From contig OY970067.1 of NCBI GenBank assembly GCA_963705305.1, forward strand, positions 2,304,001-2,368,000: a stretch of 64,000 nucleotides of DNA, read 5' to 3'. Position numbers and translations under genes: made by a program. Positions 28,539 through 38,078 of the stretch are shown here, in pieces. The DNA is from an uncultured Methylomirabilota bacterium (lineage in GTDB: Bacteria > Methylomirabilota > Methylomirabilia > Methylomirabilales > 2-02-FULL-66-22). The notes under the pieces were generated by a model. The model saw nothing but the letters and a program-made list of their open reading frames with translations. It searched no databases and was not told the origin of the DNA. How positions within the stretch are numbered: the stretch's first letter is position 1; each line of letters starts with the position of its first letter.

Positions 28539-29120
28539 TCACCGGAAAGGCTTGCCGGCGGTCTGCAGGTAGACGTCCTCGCTGAGCGTCTCGCCGGGGC
28601 CGGCAGATACGAGACCGGCCATTTCGAGCCCGCGGGCCAATTGCGCGGGCTGAATGCGTATGGCCGGCTTCGGCCCGTGCGCGGTCTGCCAGGGGTGAAA
28701 TTCCACCACGGTCAGCATGCCGCCCCCTGTGAGGATGCGCCCAACCTCCCGGAGGAGCTGGTCCGGATCATCCACCTCGTGGAGCACGAGCGAGAGGGCG
28801 ACGCGGTCGAAGCAGCCGCCGGCAAAGGGCAGCCGGCAGTTGTCGCTCTGAACGGGGCAGACGTTGGAGAGGCCCGCCTCGGCCAGCCGCCGGCCGAGAT
28901 ACTGCAGCATCGGCGGGGCGATGTCGGCTGCGACGACGCAGCCGGCCGCCCCGATCCTGCGCGCCAGCGGCAGTGTGAGCAGACCCGGACCGCAGCCGAA
29001 GTCCAGGACGCGCATGCCCGGCGCGACAGCCATGGCGGCGAGGATCTTCTCGGGGTGCAGCCAGGCGATGCGCTCGGCCGAGAGCAGCTGGTCGGCTGCC
29101 GAGGGATCGAATCGGCGCAT
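28539..29120 (-). CDS. Class I SAM-dependent methyltransferase
   Basis: VLDFGCGPG, AADI, LPF...FD, LVLHEV, LREVGRIL; RBS GGAGGAG. Confidence 0.9.
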   Translation of the reverse strand: MRRFDPSAADQLLSAERIAWLHPEKILAAMAVAPGMRVLDFGCGPGLLTLPLARRIGAAGCVVAADIAPPMLQYLGRRLAEAGLSNVCPVQSDNCRLPFAGGCFDRVALSLVLHEVDDPDQLLREVGRILTGGGMLTVVEFHPWQTAHGPKPAIRIQPAQLARGLEMAGLVSAGPGETLSEDVYLQTAGKPFR

Positions 29121-29416
29121 TCCGGATCTCCTCCATTGGAAGGGTGCTCTGAAGCAGAGAGCTGGGGCGGCTACGCTGCATGGTCTGCAGGGTTTTGGCG
29201 CCATGGCGACTTCCGAGTTTCCCCGCCCCAAGGATAACTCTAAGCGACTTTGCCGAGGAGGCCAACAGGAAAGCCCCGTCCGCCTCTCCAAGGGACCTGC
29301 CCGCCTGAGTATTCTGCCGAAGGAAAGAGGGCTTGAAATGCCTCCCTGGAATGTTAGATGATCCCTCCGCGGGGAGGGGGGAAGGTCCCAGTCCTGGGAC
29401 ACCACTGGAGGCGACC

Positions 29417-31183
29417 GTGAAGCTCTCACGAGAAGACCAGGCGGTCATCGGGCAGGTGTCGGCGGAGCGGCTGCAGGAGCATGTCATGCGGATCGCCCGG
29501 CGGGTCCGGCTGTCGGGCTCGCCGGAAGAGCGCGAGTCCTTCCGGTACATGGCCCGGACGCTGGCCAGGTGGGGATACGAGATCGAAGAGCACCGGCCGG
29601 AATGCTGGACCAGCTGGCCGGGGGCGGCCCTCATGGAGATCCTGAGTGATCCCCCCGAGAGCATTCCTTGCATCACCCACGCCATGGCGGCCTCCACCCC
29701 CGCCGGGGGGATCGTGCTGGAGCTGGCGGATGCCGGCGCGGCGGACGTTCCGAGCCTGCGCCAGCGGGCCCTGAAGGGCAAAGCGACGGTCTGCGACGGC
29801 CTGGCCATGCCCTCCAAGGTCTTCCACGTCGAGGCCGCCGGCGCGGCGGCGCAGATCCATGTCTGCGGCGAGCACCTGCACGAGATGATCACCTCCATCG
29901 TGTGGGGCTCTCCCACGCCGGAAACGGCGGCGCTCCTCCCCAGGACCCCCGTCGTGTCCGTGACGCGCGAAGAGGGTGACAGGCTGCGGGCGGCGCTCCA
30001 GGGCGGGCCGGTCCGGGTCCGGCTGCGGGCCCAGGTAGATACCCGCTGGCGGCCCCTGCCGGTGCTCATCGCGCACCTGCGGGCCCCCCGGAGCAACGGG
30101 GATTTCCTGCTGTTCAGCGGCCACGTAGATTCCTGGCACTACGGGGTCATGGACAACGCCTCCGCCAACGCCACGCAGCTCGAGGTCGCCCGCATCATGG
30201 CCGGCCGGCAAAAGCGGCTGCGGCGCGACCTGCGGCTGGCTTTCTGGTCGGGCCACTCCCATGCGCGCTACGCCGGCTCGGCCTGGTATGCGGACCAGTT
30301 CTGGCCGGAGCTGCACGACCACTGCGTCCTGCACCTCAACGTGGACTCCACGGGGGGCCGCGGGGCGACGCTGCTCGGCGAGGCCGTCGTCATGGTGGAG
30401 GTCCGGGAGTTCGCCTCGGCCATCCTGGAGAAGGTGGCCGAGCAGCGCCTCGCCGGCGCCCGGCCCCAGCGCGCCGGGGATCAATCCTTCTGGGGACACG
30501 GTGTCCCCTCGCTCTTCATGACCCTCTCCGAGCAGCCGGCGAACGACTCCGAGACGGCCCGCGGCTACGCTCAGCTCATGGGGGGCCAGGCCCGGAGCGG
30601 CGGCCTGGGGTGGTGGTGGCACACGCGGGAGGACACACTGGACAAGCTGGATCCGGACCTCATGGTGCGCGACGCGCAGGTGTATGCCCTCGTCGCCCAG
30701 CGGTTGCTCGAGGATCCGGTGCTGCCCCTGGATTATCGGGCGACCGTGACGGAGAGCCGGGCGGTGCTGGCGCGATACGCGAAGGAGGGGAAGGGGCGGT
30801 TCGACCTCGGGCCGGTCTTCGCGCGGCTGGACCAACTGGAGAAGGGAGTGGCGGCCCTCTCCCGGCGCATCCGGGCGGGCGGGCTGGCCCCCGCGGCCGT
30901 CGAGCTGGTCAACGACTGCCTGATGACACTGGGGCGGGAGCTGATCCCGATCGCCTACTGCCGGGCGGGCCGCTTCGAGCACGACCCCACGCTGGCGGTC
31001 CCGCCATTTCCGGGCCTGGAGCCCATGCGGCGGCTGGGATCGCTGCCCCCCAAGAGCGACGAGGCGCGCCAGCTCCAGGTCGCGCTGGTCCGCCGCCGCA
31101 ACGAGGTCTGCCACCATCTCACCCAGGCGGCGGCCATGGTCCAGGCGACGCTGGCGGTCCTGTCGAAAGCCCGGCGGCGCTGA
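29417..31183 (+). CDS. M28 family metallopeptidase/hydrolase with PA-like insert
   Basis: RLSGSPEE, SGHVDSW, GVMDNASA, LEVAR, LNVD, GDQSF, WWHTREDTLDKLD. Confidence 0.85.
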   Translation: MKLSREDQAVIGQVSAERLQEHVMRIARRVRLSGSPEERESFRYMARTLARWGYEIEEHRPECWTSWPGAALMEILSDPPESIPCITHAMAASTPAGGIVLELADAGAADVPSLRQRALKGKATVCDGLAMPSKVFHVEAAGAAAQIHVCGEHLHEMITSIVWGSPTPETAALLPRTPVVSVTREEGDRLRAALQGGPVRVRLRAQVDTRWRPLPVLIAHLRAPRSNGDFLLFSGHVDSWHYGVMDNASANATQLEVARIMAGRQKRLRRDLRLAFWSGHSHARYAGSAWYADQFWPELHDHCVLHLNVDSTGGRGATLLGEAVVMVEVREFASAILEKVAEQRLAGARPQRAGDQSFWGHGVPSLFMTLSEQPANDSETARGYAQLMGGQARSGGLGWWWHTREDTLDKLDPDLMVRDAQVYALVAQRLLEDPVLPLDYRATVTESRAVLARYAKEGKGRFDLGPVFARLDQLEKGVAALSRRIRAGGLAPAAVELVNDCLMTLGRELIPIAYCRAGRFEHDPTLAVPPFPGLEPMRRLGSLPPKSDEARQLQVALVRRRNEVCHHLTQAAAMVQATLAVLSKARRR

Positions 31184-31653
31184 CGGGGCGGGGCGGGCGG
31201 CAGTCCGGGGCGCCGCCGGTCCCGTCAACCGATGGTGCGGCCGGCCCCGATGCGCGAGGCGATCGCCTCTTGGTTCAGTCCGTTCTGCGGGGAGACGACG
31301 ACCGGCGACTCTGTGAGATGCGTCCCGATCCGCTCCAGGGCCTCGAGGCCCCAAATCTCCGGCTAACGTGCCCATCGCCTCTGCGGGGCGCCACCCATCG
31401 GGTGCAGCCAGGTCCGATGCGGGCAGCCAGCCCCGCGGCCATGATTGCGGGCGCCACACGGGTGCGCTACTGCCCTGCGACGTTATCCGGAGATTAAGGG
31501 AGGCTCTCCTTGCTTGTGCAGGCGGCCCGAGATTGGTACACTACACGGGTCGGCCCCCAGAGGCACGCACGCCGCCCCAAATCCCCGTTGTGAATTCGAA
31601 CGGTGGCCCCCGGCCCGCAGAGCATTCGGCCGGCCGCCGACAGGATTGACGGC

Positions 31654-32271
31654 ATGCCCGATTCGGCGTTGCTCATCCAGCAGTGGGGTTATCTGGCCAT
31701 CGCCATCGTCGTGATCCTCGGGAACGTCGGCTTTCCCATTCCCGAGGATACGATCCTGATCCTGGCGGGGTACCTGGTCTGGCGCGGCGATCTCCGGGTG
31801 TCGGTGGTGCTGATCGTCGGCGTGGCAAGCGCCGTGGCCGGAGACAACCTCGGGTACTGGATCGGCCGGGAGTACGGCCGCCGGGCCATCGAGCGCTACG
31901 GTCACTGGATCCTGGTGACCCCCCGGCGGCTGGACTGGACCCAGCGCCTGGTGACGCAGTATGGCGCGCGCGCAGTGTTCGCGGCGCGGTTCATGCCCGG
32001 GCTCCGCTTCATGGCCGGGCCCATGGCGGGGGTGACCGGTCTGCAGCCCATCCCTTTCCTGATCGCCAACCTGTTGGGAGCGTCGATGTACGTGCCCGGA
32101 GCGGTGGGCATCGGTTACGGCATCGGCCTCGGCTTGGGCAGGTATCTCCGGCGCGTGGAACACCTCCTGGGCCAAGTGGAGCACCTGGTGCTGCTTCTCG
32201 TGATCTGCGGCACGCTGGCCATCCTGGGGTGGCGGCTGTTCGAGATTCTCCGATCCCATCGGGCCAGCTAG
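31654..32271 (+). CDS. DedA family membrane protein
   Basis: GFPIPEDTILILAG, GDNLGYWIGR, AVFAARFMPGLR. Confidence 0.92.
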   Translation: MPDSALLIQQWGYLAIAIVVILGNVGFPIPEDTILILAGYLVWRGDLRVSVVLIVGVASAVAGDNLGYWIGREYGRRAIERYGHWILVTPRRLDWTQRLVTQYGARAVFAARFMPGLRFMAGPMAGVTGLQPIPFLIANLLGASMYVPGAVGIGYGIGLGLGRYLRRVEHLLGQVEHLVLLLVICGTLAILGWRLFEILRSHRAS

Positions 32272-32379
32272 CCCATTCCGAAAATACCTCGCCGCAAAGG
32301 CGCCGAGGGAAAATTCGGATTTCGAAATTCGAATTTCGAAATTGAAAGGGGTAGCTTTGGCGTCATGGCGGTTAAACAG
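32267..32379 (+). repeat. Dispersed hairpin repeat with internal TTCGAAA heptamers, copy 1
   Basis: Matches the reverse complement of 38079-38177; begins GCTAG over the dedA stop; four heptamer units. Confidence 0.85.
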
Positions 32380-32557
32380 GTCCTCCGGTTCAAGGTTGAC
32401 AGACGGCCGCCATGGGCGCCGATGCCGGGGACCCGACGGTGGCAGCGGATAGGGGCGCCGCGGAGACATGCGAGAACCTTGCGTCGCTCCACCTGCGGTC
32501 CTATCATGGCGTACGGACGCGAGCGCAACCCGGGCCGGCCGCCGGACGGAGGGGGCG

Positions 32558-34054
32558 ATGTGGCGCAACTGGAGCCTGCGGCTCAAGGTCCTGGCGGTGA
32601 CCATCGGGGTGGTCCTGCCGGTCATGGCGGCCAGCACCGCCCTCACCGTCCGGTTGACGCGGGGCGCCTTGGAGGACGACATCCGCACGAGCGGGCTGGC
32701 GCTGGGGCGCGAGCTGGCGGCCGCGGTGGCGGCCGAAACGGATCATTCCGAGGACGGCACGATCCAGCAGGAGCTGGGGAAACTCCCGGGCCGCGGCGGG
32801 CTCGTCCGGGAGGCGGCGATCTACGCAACGGGCCCGCAGGGCCTCACGCTGAAGGCCCAGGCCGGTACCGTGCAGCCGCCCGCCCCCGAGGCGGAGATCG
32901 CGGCCCGCGAAGACCAGGAAATCGCCACGATCAAGAACGCGGACGGGCAGCGCTTCTGGCAGGTGGCCGTGCCCATCCGCGAGGGGAAACGGAGCGTCGG
33001 CGTCGTGTCGCTGGCCCTTCCATTGAATCGCGTGGACGCGTTGGCCCAGCAGGAGGAGCGTCAGGCTATCCTGCTGGGGGCGGCCACCCTGCTGCTCGTG
33101 GTGGTGAGTCTCTCCGCCTTCATGAACCGGGCGCTCACCGCGCCGGTCGGGAATCTGGTGCGGGCGATGCGCCAAGCCGAGGAGGGCGACCTGAGGGTGC
33201 GAATCGCCGCGAGCGGTGAGGACGAAGTCGGCCAGCTCTCGCGAGGCCTGAACCAGATGCTGGAGCGCGTCGGATCGTTCCAGACCGAGCTGGGACGTCA
33301 AGTGGCCGAGGCCACGCTGGAGCTCAGGACGGTGAACCAGCGGCTGTTTGCGGCCCAGCAGCAGATCGCCCGCAGCGAGCGGTTGGCGGCCGCCGGGGAG
33401 ATGGCCGCCGCCATGGCGCACGACGTGGGGAGTCCCCTGACCGCGGTCTCGGGCCACCTGCAGCTCTTGGCAGAGCAGGTGGCCGACCCCGTGCTGCAGA
33501 GCCGCCTGCTCACCATCCACACGCAGGTGGAGCGGGCCGTGGCGGCGGCGAAGGGATTCCTGGATGCCGCCCGTCCTGAGCCGACGCGCGCCCCCCTGGA
33601 CATCAACGCGCTCCTGGACGATCTCCTGCTCTTGGTGGGTCCGGAGGTGGAGAGGAAGAGGATCGTCGCCAGGCGAGAGCTGGCGGTGGGTCTGCCCGCC
33701 ATTGCGGCCGACGCGAGCCAGATGCAAGAGCTCTTTCTGAACTTGATCACCAACGCCCTGGAAAGCCTGGGGAGCGGCGGCAGCCTCGAGGTCACGACTG
33801 GGCCCACGATCCGGGACGGCGGGCAGGCGGGCATCCGGGTAGTGGTCCGAGACACGGGGCCCGGCATGGCCGCCGAGGTCCTGACCCGCGTCTTCGAGCC
33901 GTTCTTTACGACCCGACGGGCCTCGGGCGGGACCGGCCTGGGTCTGGCCATCTGCCGGCGCATCGTCAAGGATCACGGCGGCGCCATCCGGCTGGAGAGC
34001 GAGCCGGGGCAGGGAACTCGGGCCATCGTGGAACTGCCCGTTCGGGCGGGGTAG
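32558..34054 (+). CDS. Membrane sensor histidine kinase (HAMP, HisKA, HATPase)
   Basis: Two TMs, HAMP, H-box AHDVGSPL, NLITNA, DTGPGM, FEPFFTT, GTGLGL. Confidence 0.93.
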   Translation: MWRNWSLRLKVLAVTIGVVLPVMAASTALTVRLTRGALEDDIRTSGLALGRELAAAVAAETDHSEDGTIQQELGKLPGRGGLVREAAIYATGPQGLTLKAQAGTVQPPAPEAEIAAREDQEIATIKNADGQRFWQVAVPIREGKRSVGVVSLALPLNRVDALAQQEERQAILLGAATLLLVVVSLSAFMNRALTAPVGNLVRAMRQAEEGDLRVRIAASGEDEVGQLSRGLNQMLERVGSFQTELGRQVAEATLELRTVNQRLFAAQQQIARSERLAAAGEMAAAMAHDVGSPLTAVSGHLQLLAEQVADPVLQSRLLTIHTQVERAVAAAKGFLDAARPEPTRAPLDINALLDDLLLLVGPEVERKRIVARRELAVGLPAIAADASQMQELFLNLITNALESLGSGGSLEVTTGPTIRDGGQAGIRVVVRDTGPGMAAEVLTRVFEPFFTTRRASGGTGLGLAICRRIVKDHGGAIRLESEPGQGTRAIVELPVRAG

Positions 34055-34060
34055 GAGCGC

Positions 34061-35428
34061 ATGGAGCCATCCAAGGTTCTGGTTGTGGACGACGATCCGG
34101 ACATCCTGGCGGTCCTGACGGAGCTCCTGAAGAAAGAGGGGCATCAGATCACGGCCTGCCCCACCGGCGAGGCGGCCGTGGCCGCCGGGAAGGCGGAGGC
34201 CTTCGATGTGGTCCTGGCGGACATTCGCCTTCCGGACCTGGACGGCCTAGGGGTCCTGCGGGCCTTCCAGGAGATCAATCCGAATACGGCCGTGGTCCTG
34301 ATGACCGCCTTCGGCACGGTCGAGATGGCCATCCAGGCCATTCAGGCGGGCGCCTACGACTACGTTCCCAAACCGTTCAAGCTGGACGAGGTCCGCATCG
34401 CCGTGAAGCGGGCCCTGGAGCGCAAGCACCTGCTACAGGAGAACCAGCGCTACCGGCAGGAGTTGCGGCAGAAATACCGCCTGGAGAACCTGGTGGGGGC
34501 CAGCGGACCCATGCTGGATATCTTCAAGACGGTGGCCCGGGTGGCGGCCACCCGCAGCACCGTCCTGATCCAGGGGGAGAGCGGCACGGGCAAAGAGCTG
34601 GTGGCCCGGACCATCCACCACAACAGCGAGCGGGCTCAGGGCCCGTTCGTCACGGTGGATTGCGGGGCCCTGCCCGAAACCCTTCTGGAGAGCGAGCTGT
34701 TCGGCCACGAGCGCGGGGCCTTCACCGGCGCCACCAACATGAAGCGGGGGCTCTTCGAGGTGGGGCGGGGCGGCACCTGCTTCCTGGACGAAATCGGGGA
34801 CGTCTCCCCCGCCGTGCAGGCGCGGCTCCTGCGCGTCCTCCAAGAGCACGAGGTCAAGCGCGTGGGCGGTACCGATCCCATCAAGGTGGACGTGCGGGTG
34901 ATCGCCGCCACCAACAAGAACCTGGAGACGCTGGTCAAGGATCACCACTTCCGGGAAGACCTCTTTTACCGGCTGAGTGTCGTGACGATCACGCTGCCGC
35001 CCCTGCGGGAGCGGCTGGACGATATTCCGCTGCTGGCGGAGTTCTTCCTCCGCAAGTACGCGCGGGAGGTCGGAAAGCCGGTGGAGCGGATCTCCGCCGA
35101 GGCCATGGCCCTCGCCTGCGGATACGCCTGGCCCGGCAACGTCCGGGAGCTGGAGCACGCCATCGAGCGGGCCGTGATCCTGACCCAGAACCCGGTCCTC
35201 CTCCCCCAGGACCTGCCGCCCGAGATGCAGGCCCCGCCCAGCCGCCACGGGAGTGCGACCGCCCCAGTGCTGCCCTTGCGCGAGATGGAGCGGCGGCACC
35301 TCCTGTTCGCCCTGGAACAGTCCAAGGGGAACCGCAAGCGCGCTGCGGAGTGGCTGGGAATCACGCGGCGCACCCTGTATCGCATGGCGGTCCGGCACGG
35401 CATCGACCTGTCCACCCTGCAGGATTGA
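34061..35428 (+). CDS. Sigma-54-dependent response regulator (NtrC/AtoC family)
   Basis: Receiver domain, GESGTGKE, ELFGHERGAFTGA, FLDEIG, WPGNVREL, Fis-type HTH. Confidence 0.96.
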   Translation: MEPSKVLVVDDDPDILAVLTELLKKEGHQITACPTGEAAVAAGKAEAFDVVLADIRLPDLDGLGVLRAFQEINPNTAVVLMTAFGTVEMAIQAIQAGAYDYVPKPFKLDEVRIAVKRALERKHLLQENQRYRQELRQKYRLENLVGASGPMLDIFKTVARVAATRSTVLIQGESGTGKELVARTIHHNSERAQGPFVTVDCGALPETLLESELFGHERGAFTGATNMKRGLFEVGRGGTCFLDEIGDVSPAVQARLLRVLQEHEVKRVGGTDPIKVDVRVIAATNKNLETLVKDHHFREDLFYRLSVVTITLPPLRERLDDIPLLAEFFLRKYAREVGKPVERISAEAMALACGYAWPGNVRELEHAIERAVILTQNPVLLPQDLPPEMQAPPSRHGSATAPVLPLREMERRHLLFALEQSKGNRKRAAEWLGITRRTLYRMAVRHGIDLSTLQD

Positions 35429-35463
35429 TCTCGCCCAGCCACCACACGCCGGGGGATTAAGGC

Positions 35464-35492
35464 TTGACAGGTGTGATTGCCCCACCTATCCT
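35464..35492 (+). promoter_or_regulatory. Putative sigma-70 promoter of the catabolic cluster
   Basis: TTGACA-N17-TATCCT. Confidence 0.6.
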
Positions 35493-35683
35493 CCCGCCGG
35501 AGGTTAATCCGATCGGCGTCGAGGTCCTGTCAGAAGGCTTGGCAGGATACAGAGACTTGAGCTGCCGGCCCGGGGAAACGCAGCCGTTTTGATGTTCCCT
35601 GCGCTCGCCTCCCATCTGATCGGATGAGGAGACAGTCCTGACGAATAGCGCACACGGAGTGTGACCGCCGAGCGGAGACCCTC

Positions 35684-36361
35684 GTGAAAAAACGTATTGT
35701 GCTGATCCATGCCGTGGCCACGGCGATCCCGCCAATGCGGCATGCCTTCCGCGAGGGGTGGCCCGAGGCGGAGGTCTGCAACCTGCTCGATGACGATCTG
35801 ATGCCGGCCTACACGCGGGAGGGGGGTCTCACACCCCACATCGTCGAGCGCATCTGCGAGTTGGCCCTCTATGCGGCCCGGACGGGGGGCGACGGGATCC
35901 TCTTTACCTGCTCCGTGTTTCCCGAGGCGGAGGACCTGGCCAAGCGGCTGGTGCGGATTCCACTGCTGAAACCGGATGAAGCCATGATCGCGGCGGCCCT
36001 GGACGCCGGGAAGCGGATCGGGGTCGTCGCCACCAATCCCCCCGCCGCTCCGGCCGCCGCCGCGCAGCTGAAGGCGGGTGCGGCGGCCCGCGGCATGGAC
36101 GTTGCGGTGTGCACGAGCGTGGCGGAGGGGGCCTTCGCCGCCGGGAACGCCGGCGACTCGGCCACCCACGACCGCCTCGTCATCGAGGCGACCGAGCGCC
36201 TCGCGGACGCCGTGGATGTGATCTGTCTGGCGCAGGTCTCCATGGCGTTGGTTCGCCTCCAGGCGCAGGCGAGGGTGCGCGTGCCGGTCCTGACCAGCCC
36301 CGCCACGGCGGTGGCCCGATTGCGCACCCTTCTGACGGGGGCGCCGGGGGAACGCACATGA
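35684..36361 (+). CDS. Asp/Glu/hydantoin racemase-fold protein
   Basis: IVLIHA, ILFTCS, KPDEAM, RIGVVAT, ICLAQVSM, PVLTSP. Confidence 0.8.
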   Translation: MKKRIVLIHAVATAIPPMRHAFREGWPEAEVCNLLDDDLMPAYTREGGLTPHIVERICELALYAARTGGDGILFTCSVFPEAEDLAKRLVRIPLLKPDEAMIAAALDAGKRIGVVATNPPAAPAAAAQLKAGAAARGMDVAVCTSVAEGAFAAGNAGDSATHDRLVIEATERLADAVDVICLAQVSMALVRLQAQARVRVPVLTSPATAVARLRTLLTGAPGERT

Positions 36362-37176
36362 TGAAGTTGAGCTATGCGGTGGCCCTTCCGGACTGCCAGG
36401 CGAAGAAGATGCAGTGCTTTCGCGGGGACCTGGAGACCATTTGCTCGCAGCTCAAGGCCTTGGGTTACGAGGGGGTTGAGCTTTTCGCCCGGAACCCGAA
36501 GGGGCTGGATCGGCGCAGCATCGCCGCGACGATCCGGCGCCACAACCTCGCGGTGCCGGAGCTGAGCACCGGCCCGTCCAGCGAGGACGGCCTGACGCTG
36601 ACCGACCCGGATCCGGCGATCCGGCGGGCCGCCCAGGAGCGGCTGCGGGACTATATCGACATGGCCGCTGGCTGGGGGGCCAAGATTCACCTCGGGCGGA
36701 TCCGCGGCAGCGTCCCCGGGGGGCCGGAGGCCGAAGAGGCCTGGCGGCGGATGAAGGAGGGATTCCTGAATGCGGCGGAGTACGGCCAGCCCCGCGGCGT
36801 GCGGGTCCTCCTGGAGCCCCAGTGCCGCTTTCAGGGGAATACCCTGCTCTCCGTCCTGGACGGCATCGCGTTCGTCCAAGAGCTGCAGCACCCGAACCTC
36901 GGCATCGTCGCCGACACGTTTCACATGAACATCGAGGATGCCTGCCTCCCCGCGAGTCTCATGGCGGCGAAGGCGCATCTCGCCCACGTGCATTTTGCCG
37001 ACAGCAATCGATGGTACCCGGGGGCGGGTCACATCAACTTCCGCGAGGTGCTGGAGGCGCTCAAGCTGATCGGGTATGATGGCTTCATCACCATGGAGAT
37101 GGAGCAACTGCCCGACTCGCCGACCGCGGCCCGCCGGGCCATGCAGACGGTGCGGGCGCTCTTGGATACCCTGTGA
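36358..37176 (+). CDS. Sugar phosphate isomerase/epimerase (xylose-isomerase-like TIM barrel)
   Basis: GYEGVEL, LLEP, DTFHMNIED, HVHFADSNRWYPGAGHINF, ITME. Confidence 0.9.
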   Translation: MMKLSYAVALPDCQAKKMQCFRGDLETICSQLKALGYEGVELFARNPKGLDRRSIAATIRRHNLAVPELSTGPSSEDGLTLTDPDPAIRRAAQERLRDYIDMAAGWGAKIHLGRIRGSVPGGPEAEEAWRRMKEGFLNAAEYGQPRGVRVLLEPQCRFQGNTLLSVLDGIAFVQELQHPNLGIVADTFHMNIEDACLPASLMAAKAHLAHVHFADSNRWYPGAGHINFREVLEALKLIGYDGFITMEMEQLPDSPTAARRAMQTVRALLDTL

Positions 37177-37198
37177 AGCAGGGGGAAAGGGCGCGAAT

Positions 37199-38068
37199 AT
37201 GACCGAGGTCTGCCAGGGGCCCGACCCGCACCCTCGGCAGCCGCGTCTGGCGGCTCCGGCCGGGGCCACCGACTGCCACTTCCACATCCTCGGGCCGGCC
37301 ACGCGCTATCCGTATGTTGCCGACCGGGAGTACACGCCGCCGGACGCCCTCCCGGCGGTCTGTCGCCATCTCTTCCACACGCTGGGCATCGCACGGGCGG
37401 TGCTCATCCAGCCGAGCGTGTACGGCAGCGACAATCGCTGCCAACTGGAAACGGCCCCCCAGCTCGGCCTCCCGGCGCGCGTCATTGTGGTCGTTCCTCC
37501 CGACACGCCGGACCAGGAGCTTGCGCGCCTGCATGCGGACGGGGTGCGCGGCGTCCGCTTCATCCTCGCGCATGCGGGCGGCCTGCCGTTGGATGCTCTC
37601 GAACGCCTCTCCGCCCGGGTCAAGGACATGGGGTGGCACCTCCAGCTTCTGCTGCGACCACATCATCTGGTCGAGCTGGAGCCCCGGCTTGCCAGGCTGC
37701 CATCGGACTTCGTGATCGACCACCTGGGCTTGGTTCGCCCGGCCGAAGGAGGGCTGGAGCAGCCGGCCTTCCGGGCGCTCCTGCACCTCGTCCGAGGAGG
37801 ACGCTGCTGGGTGAAGCTGACCGGTGCATACCGCCTTTCGGCCGAGGCGCCCCCCTACCTGGATCTGGTCCCGTTTGCGCGGGCGCTGGTCGAGGCGCGG
37901 CCGGATCGTCTCCTCTGGGGCAGCGACTGGCCGCACGCCGTCTTCAAGGGCAGGATGCCGAACACGACGGACCTCTTCGATCTGCTCATCGACTGGGTGC
38001 CCGATGAGACGGCCCGCAGAGGTATCCTCGTCGAGAACCCGGCAAGGCTCTTTGGCTTCCAGCCTTGA
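37199..38068 (+). CDS. Amidohydrolase-2 family lactonase (LigI / sugar-acid lactonase-like)
   Basis: DCHFHI, QPSVYGSDN, GVRGVRF, VIDHLG, WVKLTGAYR, WGSDWPH, NPARLFGF. Confidence 0.9.
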   Translation: MTEVCQGPDPHPRQPRLAAPAGATDCHFHILGPATRYPYVADREYTPPDALPAVCRHLFHTLGIARAVLIQPSVYGSDNRCQLETAPQLGLPARVIVVVPPDTPDQELARLHADGVRGVRFILAHAGGLPLDALERLSARVKDMGWHLQLLLRPHHLVELEPRLARLPSDFVIDHLGLVRPAEGGLEQPAFRALLHLVRGGRCWVKLTGAYRLSAEAPPYLDLVPFARALVEARPDRLLWGSDWPHAVFKGRMPNTTDLFDLLIDWVPDETARRGILVENPARLFGFQP

Positions 38069-38078
38069 ACCGAATGAA

